Part shown: positions 1-11,711 of the stretch, piece after piece
Position numbering within the stretch: the first letter of the stretch is position 1
Layout: every line of letters starts with the position of its first letter
Assembly (NCBI GenBank): GCA_009602725.1
Contig: WELB01000009.1
Span: 367,870-409,264, forward strand
DNA: 41,395 nucleotides
Direction: 5' to 3'
Origin: Spirogloea muscicola
Taxonomy: Eukaryota
The notes under the pieces: generated by a model
Databases searched by the model: none
Seen by the model: only the letters and a program-made list of their open reading frames with translations
What the model was told of the DNA's origin: nothing
Position numbers and translations under genes: made by a program

Positions 1-198
1 CAAGAAAGACAGATATGCAGCTGGCAAGCACATCTCAGCCGGGAACACATCTGCACGTCGTGTGTAGCCTAGATTGGCAATGTTGTGGAGGAGGGTGTGG
101 AAACGCGGACCCAGACAGCCAAAGGTGTCAACTGCAGCTGGCAGGAGCTGATCGCACCAGGGGTAGTCGGAGTAGTGCTGTAGCTTTCTCTGCTCTGC
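1..198 (-). mobile_element. Fragment of RLE-type non-LTR retrotransposon, subfamily A
   Basis: Reverse complement matches ~26086-26283. It encodes the AEQRKLQHYSDY...LLPAAVDTFGCLGPRFHTLL...RRADVFPAE segment and runs off the window edge. Confidence 0.85.
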
Positions 199-529
199 AG
201 AGAAGAGGGGCTGGCATAAGAACGACAGCAAGTAGCTTTTCTGGTGTAGCTTGAAACTCAGGCATCTTGGCACCAGATCAGAAGAAGAAGAAGTGGCACT
301 CCCAATCAGAGTCTGCTTCGGTGCCCTCCTGTGTGCCCATCACGCACTCTGTTTTCCTCCTCGCGCCACACAAGTTGCCCTCATTGAGACTACAAAGAGT
401 AAGTCTAGGTTGTGGATGGTGGGGATGTCGTAGTGATTGAGTTTGTCGACAATGCTCCCCGCTGATACTCTCTTGCCATCAGCTGAATACCTGCTTTGTG
501 CATTCAGGAATCCCTCAAGAAGCTTTCAA

Positions 530-850
530 AAGGCCCAAGCTTTGGCCCGCCTTGCGTGGCAGGCCGCCGTCCTCAGAAGATCCTCACGCTCTTTACTATT
601 TGCTGTCGAAGTCTACCATTGGGCTCATCAACACAGCAAGTCTTCCATAGCCATATAAGCACGGACTTTGATGTCTCATCGTCATTGGCCTACTAAGCTG
701 AATATCTGGCCAGCCCTTTTCACGCTCCCTGGCCACCGCTCCGAACCTCTGCCTCGCTCAAGTGTTGGCCGCCGCGTTCAGCTGACGTCCGGCAACACCT
801 TTTGTAGGTCCGTAATGTCACATTTGTCGCTCCTAACCCGTGGCTCTTGA
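530..850 (+). mobile_element. Highly decayed distant copy of the RLE retrotransposon C-terminus
   Basis: Broken frames give LLFAVEVY (cf. FFPLAIDTHG), VGRRVQLTSG (cf. AGRALAAASG) and a terminal SHLSLLTRGS* (cf. SDLxLLTRGY*). Confidence 0.4.
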
Positions 851-1631
851 GCTGCACTGCAGCACCCCTGTCCTTGTTCTACCAGCAGGCCCTTCTGCCT
901 TAGTGGCTCCCATCTTTTGGCAAACAACACCTTCACGTCTCGATGGAGAGCACTCTGAACAGTCCAGTATTTATCACAATCACCAGTTCATAGTGCACTG
1001 TAGTGTGTTGAAATAAGCCTCCTCTTCTTGACAAGCCTAAGGCGTCATGTGATAGCACACCCTTTTGCCTCCTTTGCAGCTATTAAGGGGCTTGCAATAC
1101 TTTGATGTCTGTTGGAGACAGTCAACCAAGCTCCACGGTAATGGAAAGACGTCTCTTTCTCCGGTCAATGAATTTTGCTCGAAGATGCACCAAGTAGGGA
1201 CACGGTCCCTGACGCCTTCATTAACTCCTTGCTAGGGTACCATTGATCCTACTTCTCTAGAATTGGCGACTTGTACAGTGAGGCTCTAAATCTAATTCGC
1301 CATATCAAAGGGTGCCTTCCAAGGCCGCCCATCTGCTGGGCAGTAGCATGGCCGGGGCCGGTCACTTGGAGACGGCAGTACACTGCACGGCCGCTACATT
1401 TGTACTCGAGTTTGTCAGCTCTGAGCAGCTTCCGGTCAAGTAAGAACGGATTGATACCGCCCTCATGATTCGGCCACTTTTGGAGATTCCCACGCATCAA
1501 CTCCTGTGTAGCCAAGCGGCGGCCGGATGAGCTCCTTGCCGCTCTGCATCTGGACCTTGGCCAATGACAATCACTTGGAGATATGTCATGTTGGCACAGC
1601 TGGTACTGAGGCAGCAAGTCTGCCAACAGCT

Positions 1632-3455
<1,824 letters not shown>

Positions 3456-4429
3456 GGCCGCCGCCGCCGCCGCCGCCGCCCTCGCTGGCGGGGGCGGGGG
3501 GACCTGGGCCGCCAGCTTGATGGCCCTGGAGTAACCAAGGTCACAGCAATCTTGCATGGCTGTGTGGGTTTTCGCGCCCTTTTTGGCCCTTTGGACCCTG
3601 TTCACTCGTTCTGGGCTGGCACAGAAACAGCCTCCGCCCCCCTTCGGAAGAGCTCACTTCCTGGTCGTGCACCTGGCCGTGATTGCGGAAGAAAGTGCTC
3701 GCTCATGGAGAAGAGAAAAGAAGGCTCGCCCATAAAGAAAGAGGGGCTGGCAAAGCCAGCCCAGAAAGAATGGACAATGTCCAAAGCCAAAAAAAGAGGT
3801 GCCGAAAAACGGACTACACTACGAAACACGAGACGACGCAGAGGAAGCTCAGTACCCGCGAGTGAGCAACATCAAGTCAGAGTAGCTCGCTGCAGGGAAA
3901 GAGGCACATTGTGGGGCTTGTGGCGGCCGTCTGGAGAAAGAATGGACAAGGTCCGAGAGCTAAAGCACACAGCGACTCAAGTGGCCACTGGGTGCTCCAA
4001 GTGGCCACCGGATGCTCCATATCAGATAAAGGCCACTGGGTGTTAGTCCATATCCCCTGTTGGACGAGATGTTAGACGCCATGCTCCATATCCTCAATGA
4101 GATATGGAGCACCCAGTGCTCCATATCCCCTGTTGAGCAGCCGCAAGTCAGAAAGACTAGTCTCCGGGTAGCGGGTCCTGTGTCTGTAATCAGAGAAAGT
4201 GCTCGACCACAGAAGGTAGGGGCTCGGAAAGGCCAGCCCGAAAAGAATGGACAGAGGCTGCCAGAGGCTGCCAGCCAAAGCGCAACCAGCACGCAGATGA
4301 AGAAGTGCTCGCCCATAGAGAAGAGGGCTGGCAAAGCAGGTGCCATTGACCGCAGCAGCAATACTGACAGGCGCATGCGAAACACTTGGGCGAGAGAGCC
4401 TGCCGCATTGAACCGGCCTGCTCCCCCTG

Positions 4430-5080
4430 AATTGGACCTGTGCGCGACGCCGGCCACCGCGGCATTGTGGAAGTGAGCAATCTAATGCCCACCACCACGG
4501 ATTCCGAGGGACGCCATCACCGTTGCACCCTGGACATTGTGGGTGTACAACCTGGCGGAGGCCCACGAGCCTTGGTTGATGTGGTGGTGATGGAGGCATA
4601 CAAATGTTCCGCATTGACGCACATTGCTGGCCACGCAGTGGGAGGTGCTGAGCAGAGAAAGCTCCGACACTACTCTGACTACCCCCCCACCTCCTACCGG
4701 CGGCAACTGACACTTTCGGCTGCATGGGCCCTCGCTTCCATTCCCTACTGGAGAATATTGCAAGTTTGGGATATGCTCGACGCGAGGATATGCTTCCAGC
4801 TCAGATGGGCATGCCGGCAGCCTACTTGTCATTCTTGCAACGTCGAGTGTCAGCTTGTCAGCAGCGAGCTCAGGCTCATGCGTTGCATCAGAAAGCTGGT
4901 CGAGCCTTAGCTGGTAGCTCAAGAGCTTGTCAATTGCCGTCCGCTGTTCGGGCCTCAGTTAGCGACCTCTATGTGCTGACTCGTGGTTACTGAGCAGGTC
5001 AGCTTAGCAGCAGGTGACTTGTCAATGTGCTTGCCTTCGTACTTGGCCACAGAGGCCCCCCATCTCTTAATACACACTCA
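4430..5080 (+). mobile_element. RLE retrotransposon 3' portion, subfamily A (frameshifted)
   Basis: GIVEVSNLMP...TLDIVGVQPGGGPRALVDVVV...AEQRKLRHYSDY...RRVSACQQRAQAHALHQKAGRAL...SDLYVLTRGY*, a PD-(D/E)xK-like RLE layout. Followed by the shared 3' tail ending AATACAC. Confidence 0.85.
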
Positions 5081-6099
5081 TCTCCTAAGACGACCGGAAA
5101 GCGCAAAGAGCACGAAAGTACTCTCCAAGAAACGAAAAAGAGAGAAAGACTCTTCCAGTTTAAAGCAAAGGCTGCGATTGGCCAGCCCACAGTGGGAACA
5201 AACTAAGTTCGAAGAGGCCAGAAAAGTGCCATAAGCGCACAGCGACTCAAAAGGCCACTGGGTAAGGGGAAAAGGGGAAGGACAAGGAAGAAATGAGCTC
5301 TTCCAAAGGGGGCCGGGGGCTGCATATGGCCAGCCCAGAAAGAATGAACAAGATCCAAACCGCCGAAAGGCGCCAAATTCACATTGCTATGCAAGAGACT
5401 ACAGTGAGTAGGAGCTCAATAACCCCGAGTCAGCAACCTTCAGTCGGAGCTGGAGGTGCAGCTGGAGAAGAGGCACCACGCTGAGACCCAGAAGTAGGAG
5501 CCATAGCATGGCCTGCCCGCAAGTGCGCCTGGGACCGTTCATTCCCAGTGAAGGGCGATGAGTTGGAAGGGGCGGAGTGTGTAAAGTGATGGAGGGCATG
5601 TGTGGCCAAGTACAAAGGCAAGCACATTGACAGATGTACATCACTTGCTGCTAAGCTGACCCGCTATGTAACCATGAGTCAGCGCATAGAGATAACTGAT
5701 GCCCAAGATCGGACGGCAATTGACAAGAAAGGAGATGGAAGCCGCATATGCTGTAAACCTGGGCAAGCCACCCGGCGGCATTGAAGCCAGGCAGCTCACC
5801 CTGCCGACGATCGGTGGCTCGCCGTGCAAGCCGCTGCAGACGGGGAGGGGGAGACACAGGGGAGGCAAAGGGAGACAAAGCGGAGACCAGGGGGTACAAA
5901 AAGCGAAAGTGGCTCTCCCCAAGGGGGCGAGGGCTGTGCTCGCCCATAGAAAAGAGAAGTGCTCGCCCATAGAGAAGAGTGGCTGGCAAAGCCAGCCCAA
6001 AAAGAATGGACAATATCCCAAGCCAAAGATAGAGGTGCCGAAAACGAACAACACTACCGTCCATGCCTTCGGTGTAGGACGAAGACATCAGCCAGAAGA

Positions 6100-6635
6100 A
6101 AGAGCTCGCCCATTGAGCATAGGGGCTGGAACAGCCAGCCCAAAAAAGAATGAGCAGAGTACAAGAAGCCCAAGAAGAAGGGGGCCAGGCGAAGCACTAA
6201 GGCGAAGCAGAAGAAACAAAGCAGCTGCTAATTACTCAGTAACCCCTGCTAAGCAGTCACAGGTCAGAGAGGCTATGTTCCTGGAAGGACGTCCCCTGGC
6301 CAGAGCCAGAGGCAGCAGCGAGCACTCGGCCGGCACGCCAGGCGCATGCGATACACCTGGGCGAGCGACCCGGCTGCAGGAAAGTCCATCGGCTCCCCAT
6401 GGAAGCGGCGAGCGACGGCGTGACGGGCAAGCTGGTGGAGCAGTTCAAGCCACCGAGCACCCAACGCCCCGTGTGTGTCGATAGCCAGCGGGATGAACTC
6501 GTCGGCCGGCGGATGGTCAGCGTACTTCAGTTCTTTTGCCCGAGCGGCGCAGGCGACCGCGTACCCAGCCTTGGTGGCACACTGGGCCGGGTGGGAGCGG
6601 TCGAATGCGTCGGTAGTCACCACGTCCAGGAGGAC
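6100..6635 (-). mobile_element. RLE retrotransposon 3' portion, subfamily B
   Basis: DVVTTDAFDRSHPAQCATKAGYAVACAARAKELKYADHPPADEFIPLAIDTHGALG..., then the 3' UTR ending in the hairpin plus ATGGGCGAGC. Confidence 0.85.
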
Positions 6636-6654
6636 GCTCAGTAACCAGCCAGAG

Positions 6655-6865
6655 GACGCTCAGTAACCCCTAGTCAGGAGATGCAAGTCGGAGTAGCCAG
6701 CCGGCGGAAAGACGTCGCCCTGACGGAAGCCGGAGGCCGCCGCCAAAGCTCGGCCTGCGCGCAAGTGTACCGCGAACGCAAGGGACCGCTGAAGCGAGAC
6801 GGCCAACCGCATGCGAGGGACCCGGCGACATTGAAGCCGGGCTGCTCGCCCTGCTGCCCGTGGAC
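6655..6865 (-). mobile_element. RLE retrotransposon 3' end, subfamily C
   Basis: RLAVSLQRSLAFAVHLRAGRALAAASGFRQGDVFPPAGYSDLHLLTRGY*. Near-identical to 26723-26990. Confidence 0.8.
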
Positions 6866-7628
6866 GAAAAGAAAAGAGCCACAACAGGTGCCGAGAGAAG
6901 TGCTCGCCCATAGAGAAGAGGGGCTGGCAAAGCCAGCCCAAAAGAATGGACAATATCCAACGAAAGAGGTGCCGAAAAAGGACCACACTACAAAACACGA
7001 GACGATGCACAGGGAAGCTCAGTACCCACGAGTGAGCAACATCAAGTCAGAGTAGCTCGATGCAGGGAAAGAGGCACTCCGAAAAGGCCAGCTCCAACAT
7101 AAAGAATGAAGCCCAAACCCCAGAAGTGACGACCAGGTCCGAAGGGGCCGAGAAAAGCGACGAGAGAAAAGACAAAAAATGGACAAGAGGGGAAAGCCGC
7201 GCTGGACGGGCGCGTGGGCCGCCCTCCTCGACTTGTCTGCGGCTCGATCCGCCCTCCCCTTCCTCACCCCCGTCTCCAGGCTGCCGAAACCTCCCCACCA
7301 CAACCCGCAGAGGACGCTGCCCCGCTCGCCACGTGGCGGCCGCGAGGTTTCGGGCCGACGGCCGTCACGTGGGCGGGCCCACCCTCCCTTTGCAAAAGTA
7401 TTCACGAGAGACCTTGATTTCTGTGATTTAGTTCTTTACTCGCTGAACCGTGGTACTGAGCGCGTCAACTTGCAGTGGGTGATTTTCGTCATCAAATGTA
7501 CTACTTGTACTACTTGGCCACTTTGGCCTTCCAGTACGCTAGTTTCCTCCCTCCTCCCGTCGGCCAACCGGGCCGGGGGTTCCACTTGGCAGGCCCCAGG
7601 TCTCACCCGGGGGAAGAAATCCTCAAAG

Positions 7629-8021
7629 AAGAAAGTGCTCGCCCATTGAGAATAGGGGCTGGAACAACCAGCCCGAAAAAGAATGAACAGAGTACGAGAA
7701 GGGGGCCAGGGGAAGCGCTAAGTAACAGAACCAAAGCTGCTACGAGACACTCAGTAACCCCTGCTAAGCAGCCGCAGATCAGATATGCTGGGCTCCTGGA
7801 AGTGGGTCCCCTGGCCGGGTCGCTGGCGCAAGTGTACCGCATGCGCTTGGCCGTCTCGCTGCAGAGGTCCATGGCCCGTGCGCTGCACCTTCGTGCCGGG
7901 AGAGCCCTCGCTGCTGCCTCTGGCTCTGTCCAGGGGACCCACTTCCAGGACCCTAGCCTCTCTGATTTGCGGCTGCTTAGCAGGGGTTACTGAGTAATTT
8001 GTAGCTGCTTTCTTTCTTTGT
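7629..8021. mobile_element. Two subfamily B 3' ends joined in inverted orientation
   Basis: A minus copy at 7629-7814 abuts a plus copy at ~7813-8021. 7750-7814 and 7930-7994 form an imperfect inverted repeat. Confidence 0.8.
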
Positions 8022-8727
8022 NNNNNNNNNNNNNNNNNNNNNNNNNNNNNNNNNNNNNNNNNNNNNNNNNNNNNNNNNNNNNNNNNNNNNNNNNNNNNNN
8101 NNNNNNNNNNNNNNNNNNNNNNNNNNNNNNNNNNNNNNNNNNNNNNNNNNNNNNNNNNNNNNNNNNNNNNNNNNNNNNNNNNNNNNNNNNNNNNNNNNNN
8201 NNNNNNNNNNNNNNNNNNNNNNNNNNNNNNNNNNNNNNNNNNNNNNNNNNNNNNNNNNNNNNNNNNNNNNNNNNNNNNNNNNNNNNNNNNNNNNNNNNNN
8301 NNNNNNNNNNNNNNNNNNNNNNNNNNNNNNNNNNNNNNNNNNNNNNNNNNNNNNNNNNNNNNNNNNNNNNNNNNNNNNNNNNNNNNNNNNNNNNNNNNNN
8401 NNNNNNNNNNNNNNNNNNNNNNNNNNNNNNNNNNNNNNNNNNNNNNNNNNNNNNNNNNNNNNNNNNNNNNNNNNNNNNNNNNNNNNNNNNNNNNNNNNNN
8501 NNNNNNNNNNNNNNNNNNNNNNNNNNNNNNNNNNNNNNNNNNNNNNNNNNNNNNNNNNNNNNNNNNNNNNNNNNNNNNNNNNNNNNNNNNNNNNNNNNNN
8601 NNNNNNNNNNNNNNNNNNNNNNNNNNNNNNNNNNNNNNNNNNNNNNNNNNNNNNNNNNNNNNNNNNNNNNNNNNNNNNNNNNNNNNNNNNNNNNNNNNNN
8701 NNNNNNNNNNNNNNNNNNNNNNNNNNN
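8022..8727. other. Assembly gap
   Basis: N run. Confidence 0.99.
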
Positions 8728-9364
8728 CGCGTCGGGCTCGCAGGCCAGGCGGGCGCCTCCGGTCCCTCGCCCGCCGCCATGCGGCCGGTGCGCGCCGCAG
8801 CCCTGCAGGGCTCCGCGCAGGTGCGCCTCCGCACGCGCCATGCGCCCCGCTTGCCAGCCATGGTCGACGTGAATTCCACTTCCATGTCGTTTAGATGCCA
8901 TCCGCAGCCCATCTTCCATCCACAGTCCTCTGTATCACAGCTAAATCGGGCCGCCATGGTCGTTCGCCTCGCGCACACTGCAGGCGCAGGAGGAGGCCGC
9001 CGCCATGGCTGCCTGCGGCCGCTGCCAGCTGCCTAGCCCTGGACTGCAGCCCTGCACCTGCTGCGCCGCCACTACCGAAGGCGCGCCGGAGCTGTGCAGC
9101 TACTGCCTGTCGGGCTGCGGCGCCTGCGGCTCGGCGGCCTGCAGTGCCTGCCGGGCCTTCTGCTTCGGCTGCGGCGCCGTGTACTGCGGAGCCTGCGGCG
9201 GTGGCGGCAACGTGCCTGTGCGGCGGCAGCGGCGCAGCCTCTTCTCCTGCGGGGCGTGCAGTGGCAGAGCCGCTGCCGCCACCGCCGCGCCCGGCCGCCG
9301 TCGCCCTATGATGGCCCCGATTGCTGAAGTGGGGCCGCGCAGCGCCTCACCCATGGTGGTGTGA
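8728..9364 (+). CDS. Partial gene for a Cys-rich (multi-CxxC) putative zinc-binding protein; 5' part probably in the gap
   Basis: In-frame exons ...-8820 and 8984-9364 joined by a phase-0 GT-AG intron. The C-terminal exon reads CGRC...CTCC...LCSYC..CGAC..CSAC..CFGC..YCGAC...SCGAC. Confidence 0.55.
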
Positions 9365-10479
9365 ACGTGACACTGTCGCCGCCACTGCCATCGTGGAAGC
9401 AGTGCCGCCGCCGGAGTTGCCGCTGCTGCTGGCGTTGCTCTTGCATGCAGGAACCCTGTGCAATGTACCTGTATGCAGCAGGGCAGCTTCGCCATCACCA
9501 TCTCAGCCACTGCCGCCGCTGCGGCAGCAGCCGCTACTCCTGCCGCAGCTGCCAAGGCACAAGTTGTCTCCTTGTGAACTTGCCCGCCTCGTCCCCTTTA
9601 GTCTTGCTTGACAGCATTATTAAATTTTATCCGTCATTTCATTGACAGATTCTTTTCTTTTAGTATTGACTTTCATGAATTTAGTCATGACTTGCAACCT
9701 TGTACAGCCATGCGATTGTGTCGTTGCCTTCAGGCATGATCCTTGCCCTGTCGGGACCTGTCATGCCATATGGTGCCAGGCATTCAAGATGCACTATACA
9801 TTTCTATGTCATGGGTTCCACAGATTGACTAACAAGTAATTTTTGGCCACGATGCATTAGCTTCATCATCTGGGCGAGGCTTCATGTATGCAAGGAAACA
9901 CACGTGAAGGTGTAATATAGCTCTGAACACACTTAGAAGAAGCTCAACTGTGTGCTGGCGATAGATGGTGCAATCGGACACCGTCTGCCCCTTCGCCAAT
10001 GCATGTACTTGGCCACTCAGTCAACAAACACTCCATTTCCTTTGGCAACCAAGCCTGGCCGCCTCCGCTTTGTAAAGGACGGTCACGGCAGCACTGAGTC
10101 GCGGGCCCAAGCCCGCTGGCACGAGTAGCACGGCGAGGGCCCACCTAATGGGCAGGGTGTTATTGCCACAGCGGCTTGACGGCTCACGAAAGTGCTGCCT
10201 CATCAACCTCTAAGAGCTCCCAATCAGCATGCTGTGTGACCCAGCTCCGCATCTGCTTCGGCCTCCACACTGCCACCACCACGACTACCGCCGCCGCCGC
10301 TACTACGACTATAGATCTGACGACATGCCCAGTAAGGCAATCACAGCCACCCGGATGACCCCAGATTCTGGAACAGCAATCGTCTTCTTGATCGAGTCCA
10401 CCACCGTCGCCCGCCTCCAACGGCATAGCCTTTGGTTTCACATCAATACAGAGAGAAACGGCTTCTTGAATGTAAGGCG

Positions 10480-11355
10480 ATAGCTGTGAAGTGAAGTGGC
10501 TCTCCCAAAGGGGGCAAGGGCTGTGAACAGCCAGCCCGAAAGGGCTGGCTGTGATGAGAGGAAGAAAGGAAGTCTCTTCCAGTAGAGGGCGATGGCTGTG
10601 ATTGGGCAGCTCAGAAGAAGGAATGAATATGGAACAAAGGGGCCAGACTGGCCCATTCTAAAAATGGCTGTGAAGGGCCAGCCCAGAAGGAATGAACAAG
10701 GGGGATGGCTGTATAAGGCCGGCCCAAGAAACACAGCCCTCGCCCCCTGCTTTTCCTTTCTGGAGGAAAATCGCTTTAGCAAAAGCGAAAAAGCGCTTTC
10801 AGCAAAAGCGCACGATAGCGCTGTTGGCTGTTGCCTTCATTGGGAGAGCCACTTTCTCACTTTCCTTTGGCCCTTTCGGACCTTGTCCAGTCCTTTCGGG
10901 CTAGCTATTCACAGCCCTTGACCCCTTTAGAGCCACTTTCACTGGAACACCTGCTTCGTTTGTATCTTTGCTTGACATCTTTGGCTGTATAGGTCCTCGT
11001 TTCCACACTCTCCTCCAGAGTATTGCCAATCTAGGCTATGCACGGCGTGCAGATGTGTTTCCGGCTGAGATGGGCCTGCCAGCTGCATATCTGCCGTTCT
11101 TGCGACGACGCGTTTCGGCCTGTTTGCAGCGTGCTCAGACTAATGCTTTGCACCAGAAAGCTGGGCGAGCTCTAGTTGGTGGCAGAAGGGCTTCGTATCT
11201 GCCATCTAGTGTTCAGGCATCGATTAGCGACCACTATGTATTGACCCGTGGTTACTGAGCGGGTCAATCTGCTGTGGGGTGATGTGCGTCTCTGGATGTG
11301 CTTGCCTATTGTACTTGGCCATTTGGCCTTTGTTTGTTTCAATACACGAAAATTT
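10480..11355. mobile_element. Repeat island: tail modules plus a subfamily A 3' end (+, ~10968-11355)
   Basis: DIFGCIGPRFHTLLQSIANLGYARRADVFPAEMGLPAAY...SDHYVLTRGY*, then the tail GTACTTGGCCATTTGGCC...AATACACGAA. Confidence 0.85.
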
Positions 11356-11540
11356 TCCTGCTCACAAGGTCCAGTTGGCTTCCACTCGGCTGCGGCGCTG
11401 GGGCCAGCCGCGGGGCGTGGCTGGCGCGGAAGTCCAAGCCACCACCAGGCTCTGTGGCCAGCGATGGCTGCCTTGGCTGCGGTGTGACGGCTGCGCTCTG
11501 TGGTAGCTGCTTCGCACCTGGAAGCCAAGCCCGCAGATGC

Positions 11541-11600
11541 AAAGGGCCATGGCCGCCGCGGCTTGGAAACAAAGGGCCATGGCCGCCGCGGCTTGGAAAC
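11541..11600. repeat. 30-bp tandem duplication upstream of AP3M
   Basis: AAAGGGCCATGGCCGCCGCGGCTTGGAAAC x2. Confidence 0.9.
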
Positions 11601-11711
11601 GGCCAGAAGAGGCCGAGAGCAGCCTGAGGAGCCCACGAGGAGCCCACAAAAGCTAACGTAATACAGCCGTCAAGGTGTTGCCGTCGGCCTGCCAGCGCCA
11701 GTTGGGGCGCC

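Larger units (their letters stand above)
3540..8021. mobile_element. Island of nested, 5'-truncated RLE retrotransposon 3' fragments and tail modules
   Basis: Multiple ...SDLxLLxRGY* ORF ends on both strands (3852-, 4993+, 5417-, 6236-, 6660-, 7019-, 7751-, 7993+). Many GGGCTGGC-AAA-GCCAGCCC and AAGTGCTCGCCCAT modules. Confidence 0.85.

Noticed and set aside
860..1600. Possible decayed LTR-retrotransposon or gene
   Set aside because: No recognisable motif and only short broken ORFs.
5699..6484. 261-aa plus-strand ORF, and similar ORFs such as 19528-20202
   Set aside because: Chance read-through across repeat mosaics, antisense to the RLE fragments.
7977..8978. Long ORFs spanning N gaps (also 16583-18805)
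   Set aside because: Their length is inflated by Ns.
9100..9555. Minus-strand 151-aa ORF
   Set aside because: Antisense shadow of the Cys-rich exon in GC-rich DNA, with no motif.
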